A stretch of 59,122 bases of DNA, counting the filler. It is 3 parts of 3 records of this genome, joined end to end, with 100 filler letters (N's around TTAATTAATTAA, not from the genome) between each part and the next. Parts side by side here need not be neighbours in the genome. Positions count along the whole stretch, not along the records: positions 1 to 21,273 come from DRR723986_9350; 2 more parts are not named here. One strand, given 5' to 3'. Shown here one piece after another: positions 1 through 8,997 of this stretch; within the stretch, counting starts at the first letter, position 1; every line of letters begins with the position of its first letter. Below the pieces are notes generated by a model. It did no database searches, was not told where the DNA came from, and was given only the letters and a program-made list of their open reading frames with translations. The translations under genes were made by a program, and so were the position numbers.

Positions 1-147
1 TAACAAAAAGAAAAAAAGTAAGCCACCGAAGCTGCAGAGGGGGCGAAGCGCTCAAGCAAATCAGGCACAGAATAAGATAACGCCCAGCGGTAAAACAGGG
101 AAGTATGCGGGAATGGAGATGCAAACGACGGGGAATCTTTGACGCGC

Positions 148-825
148 CTAGGAGTTTACGTCCACGAAGATGGAATGTGAGAGTTTTTCGCTTAGAAATA
201 CGTTGAGGCCGTCGAGTTCGATGTGCAAACTGTTGTCGAATGGCACGGCTTCTTTGACGACGACATTTTGATCGAGTTTGATGCCGATTTGGGCCAGGTA
301 TTGCAGGATTTCGGGGCTGTCGTCCGAGACACGTGCGATGCGTGCCGGGGTGTTGAGGGGCAGGTCTGTGAGTGCCGAGAGTTCGCGGACTGCCATTTCG
401 CCGTCGCGTGGAATCGGATCGCCATGTGGGTCCGTGGTTGGGAAACCCAGTTTTTCGTCGATGCGGCGTTCCAGTTCGTGGCTGGTGGCGTGTTCCAGTT
501 TGTCGGCAATTGCGTGGACTTCGTCCCAGGTGAAGTCGAGCGTTTGCACCAGAAACATTTCCCAAAGTCGGTGTCGGCGGGTGACCAGGAGTGCGTTGGA
601 GCGTCCGTCGGGTGTGAGTGCGGCCCCATAATACGGTTTGTAGGTGATCAGTTTTTTGCGCGCCAGTCTTTTGAGCATGTCTGAAGCGGAGGCGGATGAG
701 ACGTTCATAGCCTGCGCCAGTTCGCTTGTCGAAACCGAGCCGGATTCGCTTTGAATTTTATAGATCATCCGCAGGTAGTCTTCAACGACGGCGGACTGCA
801 ATTCCTGATTAGAGCTCACGGACAA
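148..825 (-). CDS. DtxR/MntR/IdeR family metal-dependent transcriptional regulator with C-terminal FeoA-like domain
   Basis: Motifs EDYLRMIY, STSELAQAMNVSSASASDML (HTH), RRHRLWEMFL, ADKLEH, DPHGDPIP; TTG start preceded by GGAG. Confidence 0.93.
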   Translation of the reverse strand: MSVSSNQELQSAVVEDYLRMIYKIQSESGSVSTSELAQAMNVSSASASDMLKRLARKKLITYKPYYGAALTPDGRSNALLVTRRHRLWEMFLVQTLDFTWDEVHAIADKLEHATSHELERRIDEKLGFPTTDPHGDPIPRDGEMAVRELSALTDLPLNTPARIARVSDDSPEILQYLAQIGIKLDQNVVVKEAVPFDNSLHIELDGLNVFLSEKLSHSIFVDVNS

Positions 826-1232
826 ACTCCCTGAGAGAAGAGAAGAAGGCGGCAGTTAGGCGCTAGGACGTGGTTTGCGGCATGGCATTGCCAGACTTTG
901 AGCGCGCAGGCGGCTGGACGGCAAATTTTTTTTGCTACAAAAGTCGGCGGCAGACCGCAGGTGACTGCTGCTGCACTAATGACTTGATTTTGAACCTGTG
1001 ATTATTGTATTTTGTGACTTTTTGCGTAATCACGTGCCCTTTGCACGCTCCAGCAAGCGCAGGCTATTCTGATGGCGGCAGTGTGATTGCGAAACAACAG
1101 TCTGAGATGCGCCGCTCAACCAATGGACAATTGGTCGCTTGTCCGGGCGGCGAGCCGTTCTTCTTTATAATCGAATTTATAATCGAACTAGACGCTACGT
1201 TCAATAAATCATTCACTTGTGCAAGCACCTGA

Positions 1233-2039
1233 ATGGTAGAGGTACATAATATGTCGGTATTACCAAGTAAAACGATGATCGACGCACGCGGGCTCTGTAA
1301 ATACTACAAGAGTTTCGTGGCGATTGAGGACATCAGTTTCGCGATACCGGAGGGACAGATCGTTGCATTCATGGGGCCTAACGGCGCCGGGAAGTCAACA
1401 ACGATGCGGATCCTGACGGGTTATTCAGCGCCTACGAAGGGCACTGTGTCGATCGCTGGAATTGATATTCACCAGGATAGGTTAAGTGCCGCGCGGCACC
1501 TGGGGTATTTGCCGGAAAACGGCCCCCTGTATGATGACATGACGCCGCACGAGCTGCTCAGCTTTTTTGCTGCGGCGCGTGGTCTGGATCAGGCAACAGC
1601 CAAAGCGCGGATTCACACGGTAATCGTGCAGTGTTCACTGCAGGAAGTGCTGGATAAACCCACGGGCAAACTCTCCAAGGGTTTCCGCCAGCGGGTGGGG
1701 TTGGCGCAGGCGCTGCTCCACGATCCTGACGTCCTGATCATGGATGAACCTACGAGCGGTTTGGATCCAAACCAGATCCGCGATTTCCGTAAAAACATTA
1801 TCGAACTCGGCAAAACCAAGACGATCCTGCTTTCGACGCATATTCTGCAGGAAGTGGACGCGGTGGCTGAGCGCGTGATATTTGTGCACTCCGGCAAGCT
1901 GGTGTTTGACGGCAACGTCGATGAACTGCGCCACAAAGGATCGCTGGAGTCATCCTTTTATGAACTGACGAATCATGGGCGTTCCGCGGCAGCAACAGCT
2001 GCGCCGGGCGACTCCGCAGAGGAGGGAACGGCATCATGA
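1233..2039 (+). CDS. ABC transporter ATP-binding protein (GldA-like)
   Basis: Walker A GPNGAGKST, signature LSKGFRQRVG, Walker B LIMDEP, H-loop LSTH; the start could be a later Met. Confidence 0.92.
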   Translation: MVEVHNMSVLPSKTMIDARGLCKYYKSFVAIEDISFAIPEGQIVAFMGPNGAGKSTTMRILTGYSAPTKGTVSIAGIDIHQDRLSAARHLGYLPENGPLYDDMTPHELLSFFAAARGLDQATAKARIHTVIVQCSLQEVLDKPTGKLSKGFRQRVGLAQALLHDPDVLIMDEPTSGLDPNQIRDFRKNIIELGKTKTILLSTHILQEVDAVAERVIFVHSGKLVFDGNVDELRHKGSLESSFYELTNHGRSAAATAAPGDSAEEGTAS

Positions 2040-4735
2040 GTATTAACTGGACGATAGTTTCCGCAATATTCCGCCGGGACATCGGGCGTTACTTTACGAG
2101 CCCGACCGGTTATGTGTTTATCACACTCTTCATTTTTATCAGCGCGATTGGAGCGTTCTGGCAGGCGGACTTTTTCCGCGAAAACCTGGCAAACCTCAAT
2201 CAGCTGAATGCCTGGTTCCCGTACTTGCTGGTGTTGTTTGTGCCGGCGCTGGCGATGGGAATCTGGTCAGACGAAATCAGTCAGGGCACCGATGAGCTGC
2301 TCCTGACACTTCCGGCGACCGACATGGAAGTTTCGCTGGGTAAATACCTGGCGGCGCTGGGCATTTACACGGCGGCAATTGGCCTATCGCTGAGCCACGT
2401 GCTTGTCCTGTTTTGGCTGGGCAGTCCCGATTTGGGGCTGATGCTGGCCAACTATCTGGGTTACTGGCTGTTTGGCGCGGCGCTGATATCAGTAGCGATG
2501 TTGGCTTCGCTGCTTACGCCGAACTCGACGGTTGCATTTATTCTTGGCTCACTCTTTTGTGCCGGACTGATTTTTATGCCGGAAGTCTTCGGCGTTTTTG
2601 GTCAGGACACTGAGCGCCTGCTGCACGAAGTTGGCCTGGTTGGCCAGTTTGAAGAGTTTGCACGTGGGGTGGTTACCTTTTCGGGGCTGCTCTACTTCAC
2701 ACTTGTAGCGCTGCTCTTCCTGTATCTGAGCGTTGCGATTCTTGGGCGTCGCCACTGGCAGGCCAAAAAAGAAGGCTCGGGCATGTTGTTGCACTATCTG
2801 GTGCGTGCTGCAGCGCTGGCATTGGCACTTGTATGTGTTACGACGATCTTTGGCCGGATGGGCATGCGTGCCGATGTGACGGCTGAGGGGCTGCACTCGC
2901 TTTCTGACCAGACGGACAAATTGATTGAACAACTCGACTCTGACCGCCCTGTTTTTGTGCAGGCTTATATCAGTCCGGTTGTACCGGCGGGTTACGTGCA
3001 GACGCGCGAAAATCTGATCAGCTTCCTGCGCGAAATCGATGCGGAAGCCGGCGGCAAGATTCAGGTTGTTATTTACGACACCGAACCATATACGGAAGAA
3101 GCGCGCGAGGCGCGTGAGAAGTTTAACATTCTGCCGCGTGAGCTGGCCGACCCGAGTAATGCGCGCGCAGGTTCGCTGCCGGTATTTTTGGGCCTGGCGT
3201 ACACCTGTGGTGCTGAAGAAGAGGTTGTACCATTCTTTGACCGCGGTTTGCCGGTAGAATATGAGCTGGCGCGCAGTATTCGTGTTGTGGCGCGCACCGA
3301 GCGCAAAAAACTGGGAGTTGTCAAAACAGAAGCCAAAGTCTTTGGCGGCTTTGACTTCCAGGCGATGAGCAGCGATCCGGCCTGGCAAATGGTGGAAGAA
3401 CTGCGCAAACAATACGACGTGGTTGAAATTGACGCTGAGAACCCAATTGTGGAAGAGCTGGACGGACTGTTGGCCGTGCTGCCTTCGTCTCTGAGCCAGC
3501 CGGCGATTGACAACCTGAAGGCTTACGCCGAGCAGGGCAATCCCACCGTCCTGCTGGTAGATCCACTGCCGCTGATCAATCCGGGTTTGGCGCCGCTTGA
3601 AAAAGCCGGTGGCCAGCAGAATCCATTTCAGCAGCAGCAGGGACCGCCGCCGACACCCAAGGGTGACATCCAGACTATGCTGAGTTCGCTTGGCGTTAGC
3701 TGGAACAGCGGACAGATTATCTGGGATGCATACAATCCGCATCCACAGCTGCAGCAAGTTCCACCTGAGTTTGTCTTTGTTGGCCCCGGCAGCGGCAATG
3801 AGACTGCCGTCAATGCCTCGAACATTGCAAGTTCCGGCCTGCAGGAACTGGTTCTGCTTTATCCGGGCTCGGTGTTCCCGGCTCCGGGATCGAGCTACAG
3901 TTTTGAGCCTCTGCTGGAGACCGGCTTCCTTTCGGGCGCACATGCTTACAACCAAGTTATGATGCGCACCTTCTTTGGTTCGCAGATCAATCCGAACCTG
4001 CCGCACAACAATCCGACGGGCACAGCCTTTACCGTGGCGGCACATGTGACGTCCGGCGGCGCGAGTTCTGCTGCTACGGATGATGCCGAAGAAGAATCGG
4101 AAGCAGCAGCTGCGCCGGATCCAGGTATGAATCTGGTCGTGATTGCCGACATTGACTTTGTCTCCGAGCAGCTCTTTCAGCTGCGCCGTGCAGGCATCGA
4201 GGGTCTGAACTTTGACAATGTTTCGTTCTTCCTTAACTGCGTTGACCTGGTGATGGGTGACAACTCCTTCATTGAGCTGCGTAAAAAACGCGTTAAACAC
4301 CGCACTCTGGAACTGGTAGAAGACCAAAAGACGGACTTTGTGAATGCCAGCATCGAGCGCGAGCGCGAGGCGGAAGCTGCGGCACAGACCAAACTGAACA
4401 CGGCGCAGGCCGACCTGGACCGCAAGATTGATGAAGTGCGCATGCGTCAGGACATCGATGAGCAAGCCAAGGCGATCATGGCGCGCAACATTCAGGAAGT
4501 CGAGAACCGCAAGTTTGAAGTCTCCAAGGAACGCATCGATCAGGAGAAAGAAGCGACGATTGCGGCCGCCAAGGAAGACATGGAACGCCAGATTCTAAAC
4601 ATTGAAAGTACCATCAAATATATTGCCATTTTGATCCCTCCGATTCCCGTTCTGCTGATTGGTGTGCGCATATTCATGCGTCGCCAGAAACGCGAACGCG
4701 AAGGAGCCGCAATGGCGCGGAGGTTGAGAGGCTGA
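2036..4735 (+). CDS. Fused ABC-2 permease (GldF-like) and GldG-family auxiliary domain protein
   Basis: N-terminal multi-TM region with YFTSPTGYVFI and GTDELLLTLP; GldG-like DVTAEGLHSLS, LVVIADIDF, NVSFFLNCVD; C-terminal coiled coil plus TM helix; ATGA overlap with the ATPase. Confidence 0.85.
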   Translation: MSINWTIVSAIFRRDIGRYFTSPTGYVFITLFIFISAIGAFWQADFFRENLANLNQLNAWFPYLLVLFVPALAMGIWSDEISQGTDELLLTLPATDMEVSLGKYLAALGIYTAAIGLSLSHVLVLFWLGSPDLGLMLANYLGYWLFGAALISVAMLASLLTPNSTVAFILGSLFCAGLIFMPEVFGVFGQDTERLLHEVGLVGQFEEFARGVVTFSGLLYFTLVALLFLYLSVAILGRRHWQAKKEGSGMLLHYLVRAAALALALVCVTTIFGRMGMRADVTAEGLHSLSDQTDKLIEQLDSDRPVFVQAYISPVVPAGYVQTRENLISFLREIDAEAGGKIQVVIYDTEPYTEEAREAREKFNILPRELADPSNARAGSLPVFLGLAYTCGAEEEVVPFFDRGLPVEYELARSIRVVARTERKKLGVVKTEAKVFGGFDFQAMSSDPAWQMVEELRKQYDVVEIDAENPIVEELDGLLAVLPSSLSQPAIDNLKAYAEQGNPTVLLVDPLPLINPGLAPLEKAGGQQNPFQQQQGPPPTPKGDIQTMLSSLGVSWNSGQIIWDAYNPHPQLQQVPPEFVFVGPGSGNETAVNASNIASSGLQELVLLYPGSVFPAPGSSYSFEPLLETGFLSGAHAYNQVMMRTFFGSQINPNLPHNNPTGTAFTVAAHVTSGGASSAATDDAEEESEAAAAPDPGMNLVVIADIDFVSEQLFQLRRAGIEGLNFDNVSFFLNCVDLVMGDNSFIELRKKRVKHRTLELVEDQKTDFVNASIEREREAEAAAQTKLNTAQADLDRKIDEVRMRQDIDEQAKAIMARNIQEVENRKFEVSKERIDQEKEATIAAAKEDMERQILNIESTIKYIAILIPPIPVLLIGVRIFMRRQKREREGAAMARRLRG

Positions 4736-4736
4736 T

Positions 4737-6095
4737 ATGAACGAACTAAGCAAAACCCTGGCCATGGTGGGCGGCGCCGTTGCGCTGTTCCTACTGGCAT
4801 TTATAACGCAGCCCAAAGCTGCGGCGCCCGAAGCGTTTAACGATGTTGGTGAAATCTTTTTTGCGGACTTCACGGATCCGAACAGCGCCACCTCACTGGA
4901 GGCTGTGCGTTACGACGAGGAGACGGGTGCGCCGATAGCATTTAAGGTGGCCAATAATGGCGGCATCTGGACGATTCCTTCACACAACAATTATCCGGCT
5001 GACGGCAAGGACCGCCTGGCGCAGACGGCTGCGAGCCTGATAGGTTTGACGCGCGACGACTATCGTACGGATAACCCGATTGACTATGAGGCTCTTGGAG
5101 TCTTTGATCCGCTGGATGCGACGGCGCCTAACGCAGGTCGCGGGCAGCGCATCACGATTCGCGGTTCGGGGGATAAGACACTTGCGGATCTGATTATCGG
5201 CAACAAAGTTGAAGAGCGCGAGGACATGTACTTCGTGCGTTTGCCTGAGCAGAAACGCGTCTACGCTGTTAAGATGAACCTGGAACTCTCAACCAATTTT
5301 GCTGACTGGATTGAGACCGACCTGCTGCTGCTTGACAAGGAGATAATTAATCACATTGCAGTTGATGACTATTCGATTGACGAGCAGTCCGGCACAATTG
5401 TTCCTGGTGAAGCCTTTGAACTCTCCAAGGACGGCGGTGCGTGGAAAATTGTGGGGCTTTCGGGCAGCCGCGAACTTAACACAACCAAGGTCGATAATAT
5501 GCTCAAGACGCTCGACGAGTTAAAAATCGTTGGCGTGCGCAAGAAACCTGACGGCCTGACGGCTGGACTGGCAAACTTCGGCCAGGCGGCAATGCAGCTG
5601 GACATGACGGCGCGCCGCAGTCTGCAGGACAAAGGGTTTTACATCACCGGTGGCGGGCAGTTAGTCTCCAATGAAGGTGAACTGCGTCTGCGTGGCGACG
5701 ATGGTATTCTGTATACACTGCGCTTCGGCGAAGTGGCATACGGCACCGGCCTGGATCTTACCGCCGGCGGAGGCCAGGCTGCCGCTACGGGGCCTGCTGA
5801 GAACCGCTACCTGTTTGTGACGGCTAGCTTTAACGAGGCCGACTTTGTAGAGCCGCCCAAGCCGGCCAATCTGGACTACCAAAACAAGCCGGACAGCTTG
5901 CGTACGGAGGCCGACGCGCAGAACCAGAATATGCAGATTGCACATGAGGACTGGCAGCGCAAGATTGAGCAGGGCCGCACACGTGCTAACGAGCTTAACC
6001 GCCGTTTTGCACAGTGGTACTACGTGATTCCCAGCGAGAGCTTTGATGCGCTGGATGTTAAGCGTGCAGACATGTTGCAGGAGCCGTCCAGTTAA
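4737..6095 (+). CDS. DUF4340 domain protein (usual partner of Gld-type ABC operons)
   Basis: N-terminal TM anchor, WTIPSHNNYPAD, LADLIIG, YFVRLPEQKRVY; starts 1 nt after the gldG-like stop. Confidence 0.75.
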   Translation: MNELSKTLAMVGGAVALFLLAFITQPKAAAPEAFNDVGEIFFADFTDPNSATSLEAVRYDEETGAPIAFKVANNGGIWTIPSHNNYPADGKDRLAQTAASLIGLTRDDYRTDNPIDYEALGVFDPLDATAPNAGRGQRITIRGSGDKTLADLIIGNKVEEREDMYFVRLPEQKRVYAVKMNLELSTNFADWIETDLLLLDKEIINHIAVDDYSIDEQSGTIVPGEAFELSKDGGAWKIVGLSGSRELNTTKVDNMLKTLDELKIVGVRKKPDGLTAGLANFGQAAMQLDMTARRSLQDKGFYITGGGQLVSNEGELRLRGDDGILYTLRFGEVAYGTGLDLTAGGGQAAATGPAENRYLFVTASFNEADFVEPPKPANLDYQNKPDSLRTEADAQNQNMQIAHEDWQRKIEQGRTRANELNRRFAQWYYVIPSESFDALDVKRADMLQEPSS

Positions 6096-6154
6096 GGTTT
6101 CTGCTGACTGCTTTCATGCTGGTCTGATGTATCTACGTTAGTCTGTTTAAGTCC

Positions 6155-6190
6155 AAAGCCGCTTTCCCGATTGGGGAAGCGGCTTTTTTT
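6155..6190 (+). terminator. Rho-independent terminator of the Gld-like ABC operon
   Basis: AAAGCCGCTTTCCC-GATT-GGGGAAGCGGCTTT hairpin running into a T-tract. Confidence 0.9.
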
Positions 6191-6381
6191 GTGTGCGGCT
6201 GGATGTTTGACTAAACGCTCGCTGAAATTTCCTTACGGTTCTGCAGCCGCCACGGTACTTAAACATGATTTACTGCCCGTTCACACTATTGTGGTTTGAG
6301 CGCTGCGTATCAGGCAATAGATTGTGCATCACAAAAAGCGGAATGCAATCGAGTGCAAGTTTAAGAGTAGGGAGCAAGAAG

Positions 6382-7131
6382 ATGAGTGAAGAGAAAACCG
6401 CAGCACAAGAGTCCAATGTACCAGCACAGCTCAATGACATCTCAGCGATTGAGCTGCGTCGGCTCAGCGATGCAGAGTTGCTGCAGAGCCTTCTTGCGCG
6501 GCCGGCTGGAACAGCGTTGCCTGACGAAGTTGAAAGTAGCACCGGCGCTGAAGTTGATGCAGGTGCCGGCGCCGGCCCGGCTCTTAAGCAGATGGAAGAC
6601 TATTGGCGTTTCCTGAGTTCAGCACGCGACGGCTATAGTTGACTGCTGGATCTAGGCGAGGATACTGCGCTACCCGGCGCAGAGCCGTCCGCTCGTGAAC
6701 GTAATCTCCTTCGGCGTTTATTTGAACTGGTGCGGCGCCATTCTTATAACGCGCGCCGGATTTCCGGCCCGGGCGATGTGGCGGCGCTGCTGCGCGGTCG
6801 CGGTCGTGAAAACGTTGAAAATTTATGGGTTGTGACGGTTAATGGATCGAATGAAGTCAGCAAGGTGCATCACATTGGTTTGGGCGTAGCCAATTCGGTT
6901 CTGGCTCATCCGCGCGAAATTTTTGCACCGGCAATTTGCGACCGCGCCATCGGAATTTTTCTTGTACATAACCATTGCTCAGGCACTGTGCAGCCCAGCG
7001 CGGCAGACTATGCCATAACACGGCGTGTGCTTGATGTAGCAGAAATTGTTGGCATTCCCCTGATCGACCACGTTATTTTCTCCGACGATTCGTATTATAG
7101 TTTTGCCGAGCACGGAGAAATCTCTAAATAG
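6382..7131 (+). pseudogene. radC: RadC/JAB-domain protein interrupted by an in-frame TGA at 6640-6642 (nonsense mutation or recoding)
   Basis: N-part has LSDAELLQSLL. The same frame continues after the TGA through ELVRRH to AHPREIF, LVHNHCSG, PSAAD, LIDHVI. GGGAG RBS lies before ATG 6382. Confidence 0.8.
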
Positions 7132-7173
7132 GAGAATTATTCTGCGGCCGGACACACAAAAACTGACTGCCAG

Positions 7174-7245
7174 CCCAATTGCCGGCCCAATAGCCAGACC
7201 AATTGCCAAAGCAATTACCTGACCAATTGCTTAACCAGTCGCTTT
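7174..7245. repeat. Intergenic imperfect 12-bp tandem repeat (about 6 units, core CCAATTGC)
   Basis: cccaattgccgg cccaatagccag accaattgccaa agcaattacctg accaattgctta accagtcgcttt. Confidence 0.75.
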
Positions 7246-7263
7246 TAACGGATACACAAGTGC

Positions 7264-8886
7264 ATGCAAACCACTGATAACGATACAAGCCTGCAGGACG
7301 ATGCCCGCGATCAGCGGACCAAATGGACTGTCAGCAACATCATTTCTGACTTCCCGCGCTTTGCCGGGCATTCCATGCCGGTTTCGAACCTGTTTGTGAT
7401 TTTATACGTGCAGGGCCTGGCCGCGCTGGCGGCCTGGAATCTGGTTGGCGACTTCCTTTTGGCCTTATTCTGGCCCGCCGCGATTGGCATGATGGCCGAC
7501 CTTGGCTGGCGTTTGCTGATTGGATTTGGCACTGGCTGGATAATTGTACAGGGCGTCTACTGGGGAGTTGGTGTACTGCTGGCGGCGATAGCCGAATACA
7601 CGAAGATCAACCTCTCGACGCAGTCCTTGCGGCATCTGCTGTTATTTGCGGGATTGCCGGTGTACATCGTCGGAATCGTTGATATTCTGTTTTTTGCCGT
7701 GTTTAACTTTTTACTGCGCTTTTTGACGCTTGCTGGGATTGAGACTTTTGGCTGGGAGCAGTTTTTCTCGGTGTCTTTCGCCGTGCTCTGGATTGCAGGC
7801 ATTTCCCTGAGTGTTGTGCGCTTCTATCAGGGAGTAAGTGTTCTCGCCAGTGGAACGGGCAAACGCGTTTATGTTGGGGTTGTAACACCAGTAATGTTAA
7901 TGATGCTGTTCTGGACACTTGTTTTAGTGCCGACACCAATCTCAACACTGATGGCTGATAATATTGAGGCGCAATACGAAGCCGATGCGGCCCTGTTGGG
8001 AGTGAAGGCTGCAACGCAGCGCTACTTTGCCGTCGGACGGTATGTGATTCCCGAATCCGACCTGCAGAATCACATGCGTTTTAGCATGCACACACCTACG
8101 AAGTACAGCGGTTCATTCAGCTATGGAAGTTCGCATAAAGTGTCCTTAGAACCGCTGATGGCGCTTGCTGAACCGCAGTCCGCAGTGTATTACAAACTGG
8201 CAGCTGCAGATGCCCTGGCAAAAAATGACTACCCGGCCTTGTTGAAGGCCTATGAACAGTTGATCCAACTTGACAGCAACGATTTTTATCACCGCCGTGC
8301 ATTGGTGGAACTACATCTGGACAAGTTTAAGACTGGGCAGGACGCCGCCGCCGCGCGGCCGCATGCATTATATCTTAAACAACATACGGGCCTGAGGCGT
8401 GACATCCGGCTCTGGGGCATGTGCAATTATTATGTGGGCGATTTTCAACGCGCCTATGACATTTTACATCCGCTGATGTTAACAGACCAGTACGATTCGC
8501 CCACGATTTACTATCTGGCGCTGGCAAGTATGCAGCTCAAGCGCTACAAAATGGCGCACCGCTGTTTTGGTATGACGCTCAATCGGGCCGAAGAACAAGA
8601 GACCTGGGTGAAGTACAACAGCAATGGCGTTAAACGCCTGCAGGACAGTGTGCAGCAATTGCTGGATCAGCAGCAGTTAGTCACATGGCAGGCAGCCCGA
8701 GAAGCGGAGGTTGCACTGGCGCAGGTGGACGAAGCAGCAGCAGAAGAAGGCCAGCTAGACGGTAGTCAGCGCGCTGCAAGTTCACTGGGAGCAGCACAAA
8801 CGCAGCTGCATACAGAAACGCGGGCTGCTGACTTATCCGCGCAAGTGCCGGCAAATGCCGATTCACGCAAGCCTGATAGAAAGTGA
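7264..8886 (+). CDS. Membrane protein: multi-TM (Yip1-like) N-domain plus TPR-like C-domain, paralog 1
   Basis: About 5-6 hydrophobic helices, then TPR-like helices (WGMCNYYVGDFQRAYDIL, YYLALASMQLKRYKMA). Confidence 0.7.
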   Translation: MQTTDNDTSLQDDARDQRTKWTVSNIISDFPRFAGHSMPVSNLFVILYVQGLAALAAWNLVGDFLLALFWPAAIGMMADLGWRLLIGFGTGWIIVQGVYWGVGVLLAAIAEYTKINLSTQSLRHLLLFAGLPVYIVGIVDILFFAVFNFLLRFLTLAGIETFGWEQFFSVSFAVLWIAGISLSVVRFYQGVSVLASGTGKRVYVGVVTPVMLMMLFWTLVLVPTPISTLMADNIEAQYEADAALLGVKAATQRYFAVGRYVIPESDLQNHMRFSMHTPTKYSGSFSYGSSHKVSLEPLMALAEPQSAVYYKLAAADALAKNDYPALLKAYEQLIQLDSNDFYHRRALVELHLDKFKTGQDAAAARPHALYLKQHTGLRRDIRLWGMCNYYVGDFQRAYDILHPLMLTDQYDSPTIYYLALASMQLKRYKMAHRCFGMTLNRAEEQETWVKYNSNGVKRLQDSVQQLLDQQQLVTWQAAREAEVALAQVDEAAAEEGQLDGSQRAASSLGAAQTQLHTETRAADLSAQVPANADSRKPDRK

Positions 8887-8997
8887 CTACTATGTACCAC
8901 GCGGCAGCCTGACTTGCCCTGTGTCGCCAAATATTACCGGCAGTGTTGCAAACAATAGCCTTTACTGCCGAATGTTAATTTTCCGGAGCTGAGCAGA

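Noticed and set aside
908-926. AGGCGGCTGGACGGCAAAT resembles the anticodon-arm region of tRNA-Sec
   Set aside because: No TCA anticodon, no pairing 3' stem, no T-loop or acceptor stem; chance similarity
2549-4465. 638-aa antisense ORF and many other shadow ORFs
   Set aside because: They lie opposite well-supported genes and have no motifs; expected from codon bias in GC-rich DNA
6640-6642. Alternative genetic code (TGA = Trp/Gly) as the explanation for the split radC
   Set aside because: Neighbouring genes on the same contig end at TGA (2039, 4735, 8886, 20962) and use TGG for Trp
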